DNA of 64,000 bases, from assembly GCF_018350175.1 (NCBI RefSeq), contig NC_058368.1:89282001-89346000 (forward strand), written 5' to 3'. The translations under genes and the position numbers were made by a program. Under the pieces are notes generated by a model. The model saw nothing but the letters and a program-made list of their open reading frames with translations, was not told the DNA's origin and did not search any database. The DNA comes from Felis catus (taxonomy: Eukaryota). This document shows positions 1-10,876 of this stretch, in pieces. How positions within the stretch are numbered: position 1 is the first letter of the stretch; each line of letters begins with the position of its first letter.

Positions 1-1864
1 GTGATCCCACTTTAATAGAGCAGTGCTCACAGGTGCAGAGCACATAACAAGCTTTTAAAACACATAAGGGATAGAAAACTAGCCAAAATGATGAAACAGA
101 AGAATGCTCCTCAGAAGAAATTCCAGGAAGCACTGACCGTTGAAGAATTGATAAAAACAGATTTAAGCAACATAACTGAACAAGAATTTAGAATAATAGT
201 CATAAAATTAATTGGTGGACTTGAAAAAAAGGCATAGAAGACAGCAGAGAATCTATTGCTACAGAGATTGAGACACTAAAAAATAGTCATGATGAATTTA
301 AAAATGCTATAAATGAGGTGCAAAATAGAATGGAGGTGGGCACAGCACAGAATGAAGAAGCAGAGGGGAGAATAGGAGAATTAGAAGATAAAATTATGGG
401 AAAAGAGGAAGCTGAGAAAAATAGGATAAAAAAATTCAGGATCACAGGGGAGACATAGAGAACTAAGTGATTCAGTCATATAGGACAATATCCATATCAC
501 AGAAATTCCACAAAAAGAAGAGAGAAAAGGGCTGAAGGTGTACTTGAACAAATCATAGCTGAGAACTTCCCCAATCTGGGGAAGGAAATAGGCATTGAAA
601 TCCAACAGGCACAGAGAACTCCCCTCAGACATAACTTGAATCAGTCTTCTGCACAACATATCATAGTGAAACTGGCAAAATACAAAAATAAAGAGGGAAT
701 TCTGAAAGCGGCTAGGGATAAACGGACCTTCACATACAAAGATAGACACATAAAGGTAGTAGCAGACCTATCTACTGAAACTTGGCAGGCCAGAAAGGAA
801 TGGCAGGAAATCTTCAATGTGATGAACAGGAAAAATATGCAGCCAAGAATCCTTTATCCAGCTAGACTATTATTCAGAAAAGAAGGAGAGAAAAATGTGT
901 TCCCAAACAAAAACTGAAGGAATTCTTCACCACTAAACCAGCCCTACAAGAGATCCTCAAGGGGACTCTGTGAGTGATATGTTGCAAGGACCACAAAGTA
1001 CCAGAGACATCACTACAAGCATGAAACCTACAGATAACATAATGACTCTAATCCCCTATCTTTCAACAATAACACTGAATAAAATGACTAAATGCTCCAA
1101 TAAAAAGACAAAGGGTATCAGAATGGATAAAAAAGGGGGGCCTGAGTGGCTCAGTCGGTTAAGAATGGATAAAAAAAACAAGACTCATCTATTTGCTGTC
1201 TACAAGAGACTCATTTTAGACCTGAGGACACTTTCAGCTTGGAAGTGAGGGGATGGAGAACTATCTATCATGCTACTGGAAGTCAAAAGAAAGCTGGAGT
1301 AGCCATACTTATATCAGACAAACTAGACTTTAAATTAAAGGTTGTAACAAGAGATGAAGAAGGGCATTATACAATAATTACAGGGTCTATCCATCAGGAA
1401 GAGCTAACAATTATAAATGTCTATGCATCAAATTTGGGAGCACCCAAATATATATAACAATTAATCACAAACATAAAAAAGCTTATTGATGCAATGGAAA
1501 GATCATCTAGACAGAAATTCAATAAGGAAACAATGGCCCTGAATGATACATTGGACCAGATGGACTTGTAAGATATATTTGGAACTCTGCATCCCAAAGA
1601 AGCAGAATATACTTTCTTCTTGAGTGCACATGGAACATTCTCCAAGATAGATCACATACTGGGCTAGAAAACATCCCTCAATAAATATAAAAGAATTGAG
1701 ATCATACGATGCACACTTTCAGATCATGATGCTATGAAACTTGAAATCAACCACAGGAAAAAGTCTGGAAAACCTTGAAAAGCATGAATATTAGAAAACA
1801 TCCTGCTAAAGAATGAATGGGTCAACCAGGCAATTAGAGAAGAAATTTAAAATATGTGGAAACA
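1..1864 (+). mobile_element. L1 'A', 5' part: end of 5'UTR, decayed ORF1 (~88-973), endonuclease part of ORF2 (from 1042); interrupted by L1 'B'
   Basis: Fragments ARHIIVKLAKYK-like and [26 protein letters not shown] match L1 ORF1/ORF2, with many frameshifts. Sequence breaks at ATGTGGAAACA (1854-1864) and resumes at 15233. Confidence 0.95.
1135..1161 (+). mobile_element. 27-nt tailless Can-SINE 5' head inserted in L1 A
   Basis: GGGGGGCCTGAGTGGCTCAGTCGGTTA is the SINE A-box head, flanked by direct repeats AGAATGGATAAAAAA (1120-1134, 1162-1176). Confidence 0.8.
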
Positions 1865-4800
1865 GGGAGGAGCCAAGATGGCAGAACAGTGTGGAAGCTT
1901 TTTGTGTGTCTCGTGTCCATGAAATACAGCCAGACCAACACTAAACCATCCTACACACCTAGAAAACTGATTGGAGGATTAACACAACAATCTGCACAAC
2001 CTGAACCACAGAATTCAGCAGGTACGCAGCACAGAGAGGTGAATTTGGGGAGCAAGAAGCCATGAAAGGTAGGGAACCACTTTTGTGGGTGGAGAGAGGA
2101 CAGAGACTGGGGATGCAGGAAGAATATGGGAATAGCACTCCTCCCCAAAAGCAGCTGGAGAGAAAGTGGAAAATTGGAAACAGCTGCAGGGACTAAACTA
2201 CAAAGGGAGAAAGGAGAAAGGAGAGGGTTTAAATTCCATTAAGACTGTAAACAAGGGGGGCGCAAAGGCTGCAACTCCGCAGCTCAATACCTGTCAGTGC
2301 TCTGGTGGGAAGGGCAAATCCCCAGGAACAGAGTGGGGTCTGGGAGGTTCTCGGGCCACATGGGGAAAAGTGGTTCCACTGCTGGAAGGACATTTGGTAG
2401 AAACTGTTGAAGCCACCTGGTCCCAGCAGACCCCAGAAGGCGGCTACATTCGCTTGTGCTGGGGCAAGGTCATTAAGGGAGAAGCCGGGTGCCAGATGTG
2501 TGTCACTATTTTCCATAATCCCTGAAACGCTGCTGCTACACTGTCTTGTGAACTTTTTCTGGGGCAGGCTGGCACCTGGCTGCAGTCTCAGGGCACCGGC
2601 AACAAGGTTCAGCAGGCATTCCTGGGTGCAGCTGATGTATGGCCATTGCTCATTCAGCCATTGCTCGGTGAGACCCTCCTGCAGAGGGGTGGAACAGGTC
2701 AAAGCCACAGTCCTTCAGAAGTAAGGGGCCAAGGAAAACAGCCACATATGAGACAAAACTTGGGAGAGAGGTACTGCCTGAGGCGTGGCCATGGAGAGTG
2801 AAAAAGCGGAGGGTGAACAAGAGCTGAAGACAGAGGACGAGTGTGCGATTGCTGATCAGGGAGAACAGACTGGGTAGCTGTGTGGCGCCATTTTCACCGC
2901 TTCCTCGCATGCGCATATGCACCTACAAGCGCCACAACAATCCACCCCAGTAGGCTAGCAGCGCCATCTAGTGGAGAGCGGAGCTGTTACACTGAGTCCC
3001 GCTGAACTGAGACAACTTCGCTCTTCAAGAACAGAAGTCTCACTGCCGGCTTAATTTATGGACTATAAAGAGCTATATAGACTGACTTCTAGGGGAAAAC
3101 AAAGCAATTTCAGTCCTACTTCAATCTGTTAGCAGGTTCATCTATTCCATTTTCTTTCTTTTTTTCCTTTTCCTCTTTTCGTTTCTTTTCTTTTTTCTTG
3201 AATTCAGAAAGAGAAAAACTTCATTTTTACTTTCAATTTCTATTAAAATGTTTATTTAATTTTTATTACTATAATTTTTGCTTTCATGTAATTTTTTTCA
3301 AATTCTATTATACTTCCATCATTTTATTTTAGTCTCCTACACTGTATTCACTTTTCCAAATTTTCAAATGATTTTTTCTTCTTTTTTCTTTTTTTATCTT
3401 TTCTCTTTTTCATTTTTCTTTTTTCCTAAATACAGAAAATGAAAAAATTCATATTTATTTTTAATTTTTATTAAAGATATTTTTCTTTAATTTTTTTCTT
3501 TCTACTATATTCTTTACTTTGGTGTGTATTTTTTCAAATTCTATTTTACCCCCATCATCTCATTTTAGTCTAATTCAGTGTATTCATTTTTTCAAATTCT
3601 CAAATGATTTCCTTTTTTTTTCTTCTTCCCCCCTTTTTTAATCTAATCTGTCAAACCACTTTCAACACCCAGACCAACAAACACCTAGGTTCTAGCATCA
3701 TCTATTCGATTTGTGTGTGTGTGTGTGTGTTTAACTTTTAATTTTAATATTTTTTTAATTTGATTTTTTAATTTCAATTTTTCTACCTCATTAATTCATT
3801 TTCTCCCTTCAAAATAAAAAAAGAAGGAATTCACCCCAAAAGAAAGAGCACGAAGAAATGACAGCCAAGGATTTAACCAACACAGATACAAGCAAGATGT
3901 CTGAACCAGAATTTAGAATCACGATAATAAGAATACTAGGTGGAGTGGGAAATAGATTAGAATCCTTTTCTGCAGGGATAAAAGAAGTAAAAAATAGCCA
4001 GAATGAAATTAAAAATACTATGAGCTGCAATCACGGATGGATGCAGCAGTAGCAAGGATGGACAAGGCAGAACAGAGAATCAGTGATATAGAAGACAAAC
4101 TTATAGAGAATAATGAAGCAGAAAAAAGAGGGAGATTAAGACAAAAGAGCACGATTTAAGAATTAGAGAAATCAGTGATTCATTAAAAAGTAACAACATC
4201 AGGGGCGCCTGGGTGGCGCAGTCGGTTAAGCGTCCGACTTCAGCCAGGTCACGATCTCGCGGTCCGTGAGTTCGAGCCCCGCGTCAGGCTCTGGGCTGAT
4301 GGCTCAGAGCCTGGAGCCTGTTTCTGATTCTGTGTCTCCCTCTCTCTCTGCCCCTCCCCTGGTCATGCTCTGTCTCCCTCTGTCCCAAAAATAAATAAAC
4401 GTTGAAAAAAAAAATTAAAAAAAAAAAAGTAACAACATCAGAATCATAGGGGTCCCAGAAGAGGAAGAGAGAAAAATAGGGGTAGAAGGGTTATGTGAGC
4501 AAATCATAGCAGAAAACTTTCCTAGCCTGGGGAAAGACGCAGACATCAAAATCCAGGAAACACAGAGGACTCCCGTAAGATTCAACAAAAACCTGCCATC
4601 AAAAAGGCATATCATGGTCAAATTCACAAAGTACTCAGGGAAGGAGAGAATCATGAAAGCAGCAAAGAAAAAAAAGTCCCTAACATTCAAGGGAAGACAG
4701 ATCAGATTTGCAGCAGACCTATCTACAGAAACTTGGCAGGCCAGAAAGGAGAGGTGGGATATATTCAATGTGCTGAATTGAAAAAATATGCAGCCAAGAA

Positions 4801-4946
4801 TTCTTCAGAAAGACTCTCATTCAAAATAGAAGGAAAGATAAAAAGTTTCCCAGACAAACAAAAATTAAAGGAGTTTGTGACCACTAAACCAGCTCTGCAA
4901 GAAATTTTAAGGGGGACTCTCTGAGGGGATAAAAGATGAAAATATA
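1865..4946 (+). mobile_element. L1 'B', 5' part: ~1.9 kb 5'UTR and decayed ORF1 (~3814-4924)
   Basis: Starts GGGAGGAGCCAAGATGGC (typical L1 5' end with YY1 site). ORF1-like peptides MSEPEFRITIIRIL and [36 protein letters not shown] shared with 15233-15243. Confidence 0.93.
4202..4423 (+). mobile_element. Can-SINE (SINEC_Fc type) in ORF1 of L1 B
   Basis: tRNA-derived head GGGGCGCCTGGGTGGCGCAGTCGGTTAAG, CT-rich region, A tail; 17-bp TSD AAAAAGTAACAACATCA (4185-4201, 4424-4440). Confidence 0.97.
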
Positions 4947-5875
4947 GAGGGTACTTGAAGATGGCGGCTTAGGAGGACGCTGGGCTCACCGCGCGTCCTG
5001 CTGATCACTTAGATTCCACCTACACCTGCCTAAATAACCCAGAAAACCGCCAGAGGATTAGCAGAACGGAGTAGCCGGAGCCAAACGCAGACGAGAGGCC
5101 CACGGAAGAGGGTAGGAAGGGCGGTGAGGTGGTGCGCGCTGCACGGACTGGCGGGAGGGAGCCAGGGCAGAGGGGCGGCTCGCCGGCCAAGCAGAGCCCC
5201 CGAGTCTGGCTGGCAAAAGCGGAGGGGCCTGACGGACTGTGTTCCGACAGCAAGCGCGACTTAGCATCTGGGAGGTCATAAGTTAACAGCTCTGCTCGGA
5301 AAGCGGGAAGGCTGGAGGACAAAGGGAGGGAGAGCTGCTGAGCCCCCTGACGACAGAGCTCAGCTTGGTGGGGAACAAAGGCGCTCGCCAGCGCCATCTC
5401 CCCCGCCCATCCCCCAGCCAAAATCCCAAAGAGAACCAGTTCCTGCCAGGGAACTTGCTCGCTCCGCGCAAACACCCAACTCTGTGCTTCTGCGGAGCCA
5501 AACTTCTGGCAGCGGATCTGACTCCCTCCCGCTGTCACAGGGCCCCGCCTGAAGAGGATCACCTAAGGAGAAGTGATCTAAGCCTGCCCCTCCTGCCCCT
5601 GTGCACCTTGCCTACCCACCCCAGCTAATACGCCAGATCCCCAGCATCACAAGCCTGGCAGTGTGCAAGTAGCCCAGACGGGCCACACCACCCCACAGTG
5701 AATCCCACCCCTAGGAGAGGGGAAGAGAAGGCACACACCAGTCTGGCTGTGGCCCCAGCGGTGGGCTGGGGGCAGACATCAGGTCTGACTGCGGCCCCGC
5801 CCACCGACTCCAGTTATACACCACAGCACAGGGGAAGTGCCCTGCAGGTCCTCACCACTCCAGGCACTATCCAAA
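4947..5875 (+). promoter_or_regulatory. L1 C internal Pol II promoter / CpG-rich 5'UTR
   Basis: YY1 motif AAGATGGCGG at 4958-4967; many retained CpGs compared with the flanks. Confidence 0.8.
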
Positions 5876-6769
5876 ATGACCAAGCGGAAGAATTCCCCTC
5901 AGAAGAATCTCCAGGAAATAACAACAGCTAATGAGTTGATCAAAAAGGATTTAAATAATATAACAGAAAGTGAATTTAGAATAATAGTCATAAAATTAAT
6001 CGCTGGGCTTGAAAACAGTATACAGGACAGCAGAGAATCTCTTGCTACAGAGATCAAGGGACTAAGGAACAGTCACGAGGAGCTGAAAAACGCTTTAAAC
6101 GAAATGCATAACAAAATGGAAACCACCACAGCTCGGCTTGAAGAGGCAGAGGAGAGAATAGGTGAACTAGAAGATAAAGTTATGGAAAAAGAGGAAGCTG
6201 AGAAAAAGAGAGATAAAAAAATCCAGGAGTATGAGGGGAAAATTAGAGAACTAAGTGATACACTAAAAAGAAATAATATATGCAAAATTGGTATCCCAGA
6301 GGAGGAAGAGACAGGGAAAGGTGCTGAAGGGGTACTTGAAGAAATAATAGCTGAGAACTTCCCTGAACTGGGGAAGGACAAAGGCATTGAAATCCAAGAG
6401 GCACAGAGAACTCCCTTCAGACGTAACTTGAATCGATCTTCTGCACGACATATCATAGTGAAACTGGCAAAATACAAGGATAAAGAGAAAATTCTGAAAG
6501 CAGCAAGGGGTAAACGTGCCCTCACATATAAAGGGAGACCTATAAGACTCGTGACTGATCTCTCTTTTGAAACTTGGCAGGCCAGAAAGAATTGGCACGA
6601 GATTTTCAGGGTGCTAGACAGAAAAAATACGCAGCCGAGAATCCTTTATCCAGCAAGTCTGTGACTTAGAATAGAAGGAGAGATAAAGGCCTTCCCAAAC
6701 AAACAAAAACTGAAGGAATTTGTCACCACTAAACCAGCCCTACAAGAGATCCTAAGGGGGACCCTGTGA
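5876..6769 (+). pseudogene. L1 ORF1p with premature stop at 6662-6664
   Basis: MTKRKNSPQK..., coiled coil, RRNNI-like, ARHIIVK and YPA motifs. After the TGA the frame continues to ...LQEILRGTL* at 6769, matching the ORF1 ends of elements A and B. Confidence 0.93.
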
Positions 6770-6819
6770 GACAAAGTCCCAGAGACATCACTACAAGCAT
6801 AAAACATACAGACATCACA

Positions 6820-9800
6820 GTGACTCTAAACCCGTATCTTTCCATAATAACACTGAATGTAAATGGACTAAATGCGCCAACCAAAAGACATAGGGTATCA
6901 GAATGGATAAAAAAACAAGACCCATCTATTTGCTGTCTACAAGAGACTCATTTTAGACCTGAGGACACCTTTAGATTGAGAGTGAGGGGATGGAGAACTA
7001 TTTCTCATGCGACTGGAAGCCAAAAGAAAGCTGGAGTAGCCATACTTATATCAGACAAACTAGACTTTAAATTAAAGGCTGTAACAAGAGATGAAGAAGG
7101 ACATTATATAATAGTTACAGGGTCTATCCATCAGGAAGAGCTAACAATTATAAATGTCTATGTGCCGAATACCGGAGCTCCCAAATATATAAAACAATTA
7201 CTCATAAACATAAGCAACCTTATTGATAAGAATGTGGTAATTGCAAGGGACTTTAACACCCCACTTACAGTAATGGACAGATCATCTAGACACATGGTCA
7301 ATAAAGAAACAAGGGCCCTGAATGAGACATTGGATCAGATGAACTTGACAGATATATTTAGAACTCTGCATCCCAAAGCAACAGAATATACTTTCTTCTC
7401 AAGTGCACATGGAACATTCTCCAAGATAGATCATATACTGGGTCACAAAACAGCCCTTCATAAGTTTACAAGAATTGAAATTATACCATGCATACTTTCA
7501 GACCACAATGCTATGAAGCTTGAAATCAACCACAGAAAAAAGTCTGGAAAACCTCCAAAGGCATGGAGGTTAAAGAACACCCTACTAACGAATGAGTGGG
7601 TCAACCAGGCAATTAGAGAAGAAATTAAAAAATATATGGAAACAAACGAAAATGAAAATACAACAATCCAAACGCTTTGGGACGCAGCGAAGGCAGTCCT
7701 GAGAGGAAAATACATTGCAATCCAGGCCTATCTCAAGAAACAAGAAAAATCCCAAATACAAAAACTAACAGCACACCTAAAGGAACTAGAAGCAGAACAG
7801 CAAAGGCAGCCTAAACCCAGCCGAAGAAGAGAAATAATAAAGATCAGAGCAGAAATAAACAATATCGAATCTAAAAAAACTGTAGAGCAGATCAACGAAA
7901 CCAAGAGTTGGTTTTTTGAAAAAATAAACAAAATTGACAAACCTCTAGCCAGGCTTCTCAAAAAGAAAAGGGAGATGACCCAAATAGATAAAATCATGAA
8001 TGAAAATGGAATTATTACAACCAATCCCTCAGAGATACAAACAATTATCAGGGAATACTATGAAAAATTATATGCCAACAAATTGGACAACCTGGAAAAA
8101 ATGGACAAATTCCTGAACACCCACACTCTTCCAAAACTCAATCAAGAGGAAATAGAAAGCTTGAACAGACCCATAACCAGCGAAGAAATTGAATCGGTTA
8201 TCAAAAATCTCCCAACAAATAAGAGTCCAGGACCAGATGGCTTCCCAGGGGAGTTCTACCAGACGTTTAAAGCAGAGATAATACTTATCCTTCTCAAGCT
8301 ATTCCAAGAAATAGAAAGGGAAGGAAAACTTCCAGACTCATTCTATGAAGCCAGTATTACTTTGATTCCTAAACCAGACAGAGACCCAGTAAAAAAAGAG
8401 AACTACAGGCCAATATCCCTGATGAATATGGATGCAAAAATTCTCAATAAGATACTAGCAAATCGAATTCAACGGCATATAAAAAGAATTATTCACCATG
8501 ATCAAGTGGGATTCATTCCTGCGCTGCAGGGCTGGTTCAACATTCACAAATCAATCAACGTGATACATCACATTAACAAAAAAAAAAGAGAAGAACCATA
8601 TGATCCTGTCAATCGATGCAGAAAAGGCCTTTGACAAAATCCAGCACCCTTTCTTAATAAAAACCCTTGAGAAAGTCGGGATAGAAGGAACATACTTAAA
8701 GATCATAAAAGCCATTTATGAAAAGCCCACAGCTAACATCATCCTCAACGGGGAAAAACTGAGAGCTTTTTCCCTGAGATCAGGAACACGACAAGGATGC
8801 CCACTCTCACCGCTGCTGTTTAACATAGTGCTGGAAGTTCTAGCATCAGCAATCAGACAACAAAAGGAAATTAAAGGCATCAAAATTGGCAAAGATGAAG
8901 TCAAGCTTTCGCTTTTTGCAGATGACATGATATTATACATGGAAAATCCGATAGACTCCACCAAAAGTCTGCTAGAACTGATACAGGAATTCAGCAAAGT
9001 TGCAGGATACAAAATCAATGTACAGAAATCAGTTGCATTCTTATACACTAACAATGAAACAACAGAAAGACAAATAAAGAAACTGATCCCATTCATAGTT
9101 GCACCAAGAAGCATAAAATACCTAGGAATAAATCTAACCAAAGATGTAAAGGATCTGTATGCTGAAAACTATAGAAAGCTTATGAAGGAAATTGAAGAAG
9201 ATTTAAAGAAATGGAAAGACATTCCCTGCTCTTGGATTGGAAAAATAAATATTGTCAAAATGTCAATACTACCCAAAGCTATCTACACATTCAATGCAAT
9301 CCCAATCAAAATTGCACCAGCATTCTTCTCGAAACTAGAACAAGCAATCCTAAAATTCATATGGAACCACAAAAGGCCCCGAATAGCCAAAGGAATTCTG
9401 AAGAAGAAGACCAAAGCAGGAGGCATCACAATCCCACACTTTAGCCTCTACTACAAAGCTGTCATCATCAAGACAGCATGGTATTGGCACAAAAACAGAC
9501 ACATAGACCAATGGAACAGAATAGAAACCCCAGAACTAGACCCACAAACGTATGGCCAACTCATCTTTGACAAAGCAGGAAAGAATATCCAATGGAAAAA
9601 AGACAGCCTCTTTAACAAATGGTGCTGGGAGAACTGGACAGCAACATGCAGAAGGTTGCAACTAGACCACTTTCTCACACCATTCACAAAAATAAACTCA
9701 AAATGGATAAAGGACCTAAATGTGAGACAGGAAACCATCAAAACCTTAGAGGAGAAAGCAGGAAAAGACCTCTCTGACCTCAGCCGTAGCAATCTCTTAC

Positions 9801-10634
9801 TCGACACATCCCCAAAGGCAAGGGAATTAAAAGCAAAAGTGAATTACTGGGACCTTATGAAGATAAAAAGCTTCTGCACAGCAAAGGAAACAACCAACAA
9901 AACTAAAAGGCAACCAACGGAATGGGAAAAGATATTCGCAAATGATATATCGGACAAAGGGCTAGTATCCAAAATCTATAAAGAGCTCACCAAACTCCAC
10001 ACCCGAAAAACAAATAACCCAGTGAAGAAATGGGCAGAAAACATGAATAGACACTTCTCTAAAGAAGACATCCGGATGGCCAACAGGCACATGAAAAGAT
10101 GTTCAGCGTCGCTCCTTATCAGGGAAATACAAATCAAAACCACACTCAGGTATCACCTCACACCAGTCAGAGTGGCCAAAATGAACAAATCAGGAGACTA
10201 TAGATGCTGGAGAAACGGGAACCCTCTTGCACTGTTGGTGGGAATGCAAATTGGTGCAGCCGCTCTGGAAAGCAGTGTGGAGGTTCCTCAGAAAATTAAA
10301 AATAGACCTACCCTATGACCCAGCAATAGCACTGCTAGGAATTTATCCAAGGGATACAGGAGTACTGATGCATAGGGCCACTTGTACCCCAATGTTCATA
10401 GCAGCACTCTCAACAATAGCCAAATTATGGAAAGAGCCTAAATGTCCATCAACTGATGAATGGATAAAGAAATTGTGGTTTATATACACAATGGAATATT
10501 ACGTGGTAGTGAGAAAAAATGAAATATGGCCTTTTGTAGCAACGTGGATGGAACTGGAGAGTGTGATGCTAAGTGAAATAAGCCATACAGAGAAAGACAG
10601 ATACCATATGGTTTCACTTTTATGTGGATCCTGA
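6820..10634 (+). pseudogene. L1 ORF2p (endonuclease / reverse transcriptase), disrupted
   Basis: Split over ORF track pieces 6766-8634, 8600-10318 and 10227-10634. Start codon is GTG (ATG in element A at 1042). Extra A in the run at 8578-8587; ~11-bp deletion near 10210. Confidence 0.95.
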
Positions 10635-10876
10635 GAAACTTAACAGGAACCCATGGGGGAGGGGAAGGAAAAAAAAAAACAGGTTAGAGTGGGAGAGAGC
10701 CAAAGCATAAGAGACTGTTAAAAACTGAGAACAAACTGAGGGTTGATGGGGGGTGGGAGGAAGGAGAGGGTGGGTGATGGGTATTGGGGAGGACACCTTT
10801 TGGGATGAGCACTGGGTGTTGTATGGAAACCAATTTGTCAATAAATTTCATATTAAAAAAAAAAGATGAAAATATA

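Larger units (their letters stand above)
4947..10860 (+). mobile_element. Young full-length L1 'C' (~5.9 kb) inserted in the inter-ORF spacer of L1 B
   Basis: CpG-rich 5'UTR, ORF1, ORF2 (EN, RT with LFADDM, C-terminal domain), G-rich 3'UTR, AATAAA and A tail; perfect 16-bp TSD AAAAGATGAAAATATA (4931-4946, 10861-10876). Confidence 0.97.

Noticed and set aside
4180..4191. TCATTAAAAAGT, near match to the OR enhancer homeodomain 13-mer
   Set aside because: Lies within L1 ORF1 in A-rich sequence; most likely coincidental.
5020..5562. 180-aa antisense ORF in the L1 C 5'UTR (possible ORF0 analogue)
   Set aside because: Starts at GTG, lies in GC-rich DNA where stops are rare, and has no recognisable motif. 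No evidence beyond length.
6073..9807. Several 85-150 aa minus-strand ORFs inside L1 C (and equivalents in A and E)
   Set aside because: Recurrent antisense shadows of L1 ORF1/ORF2.
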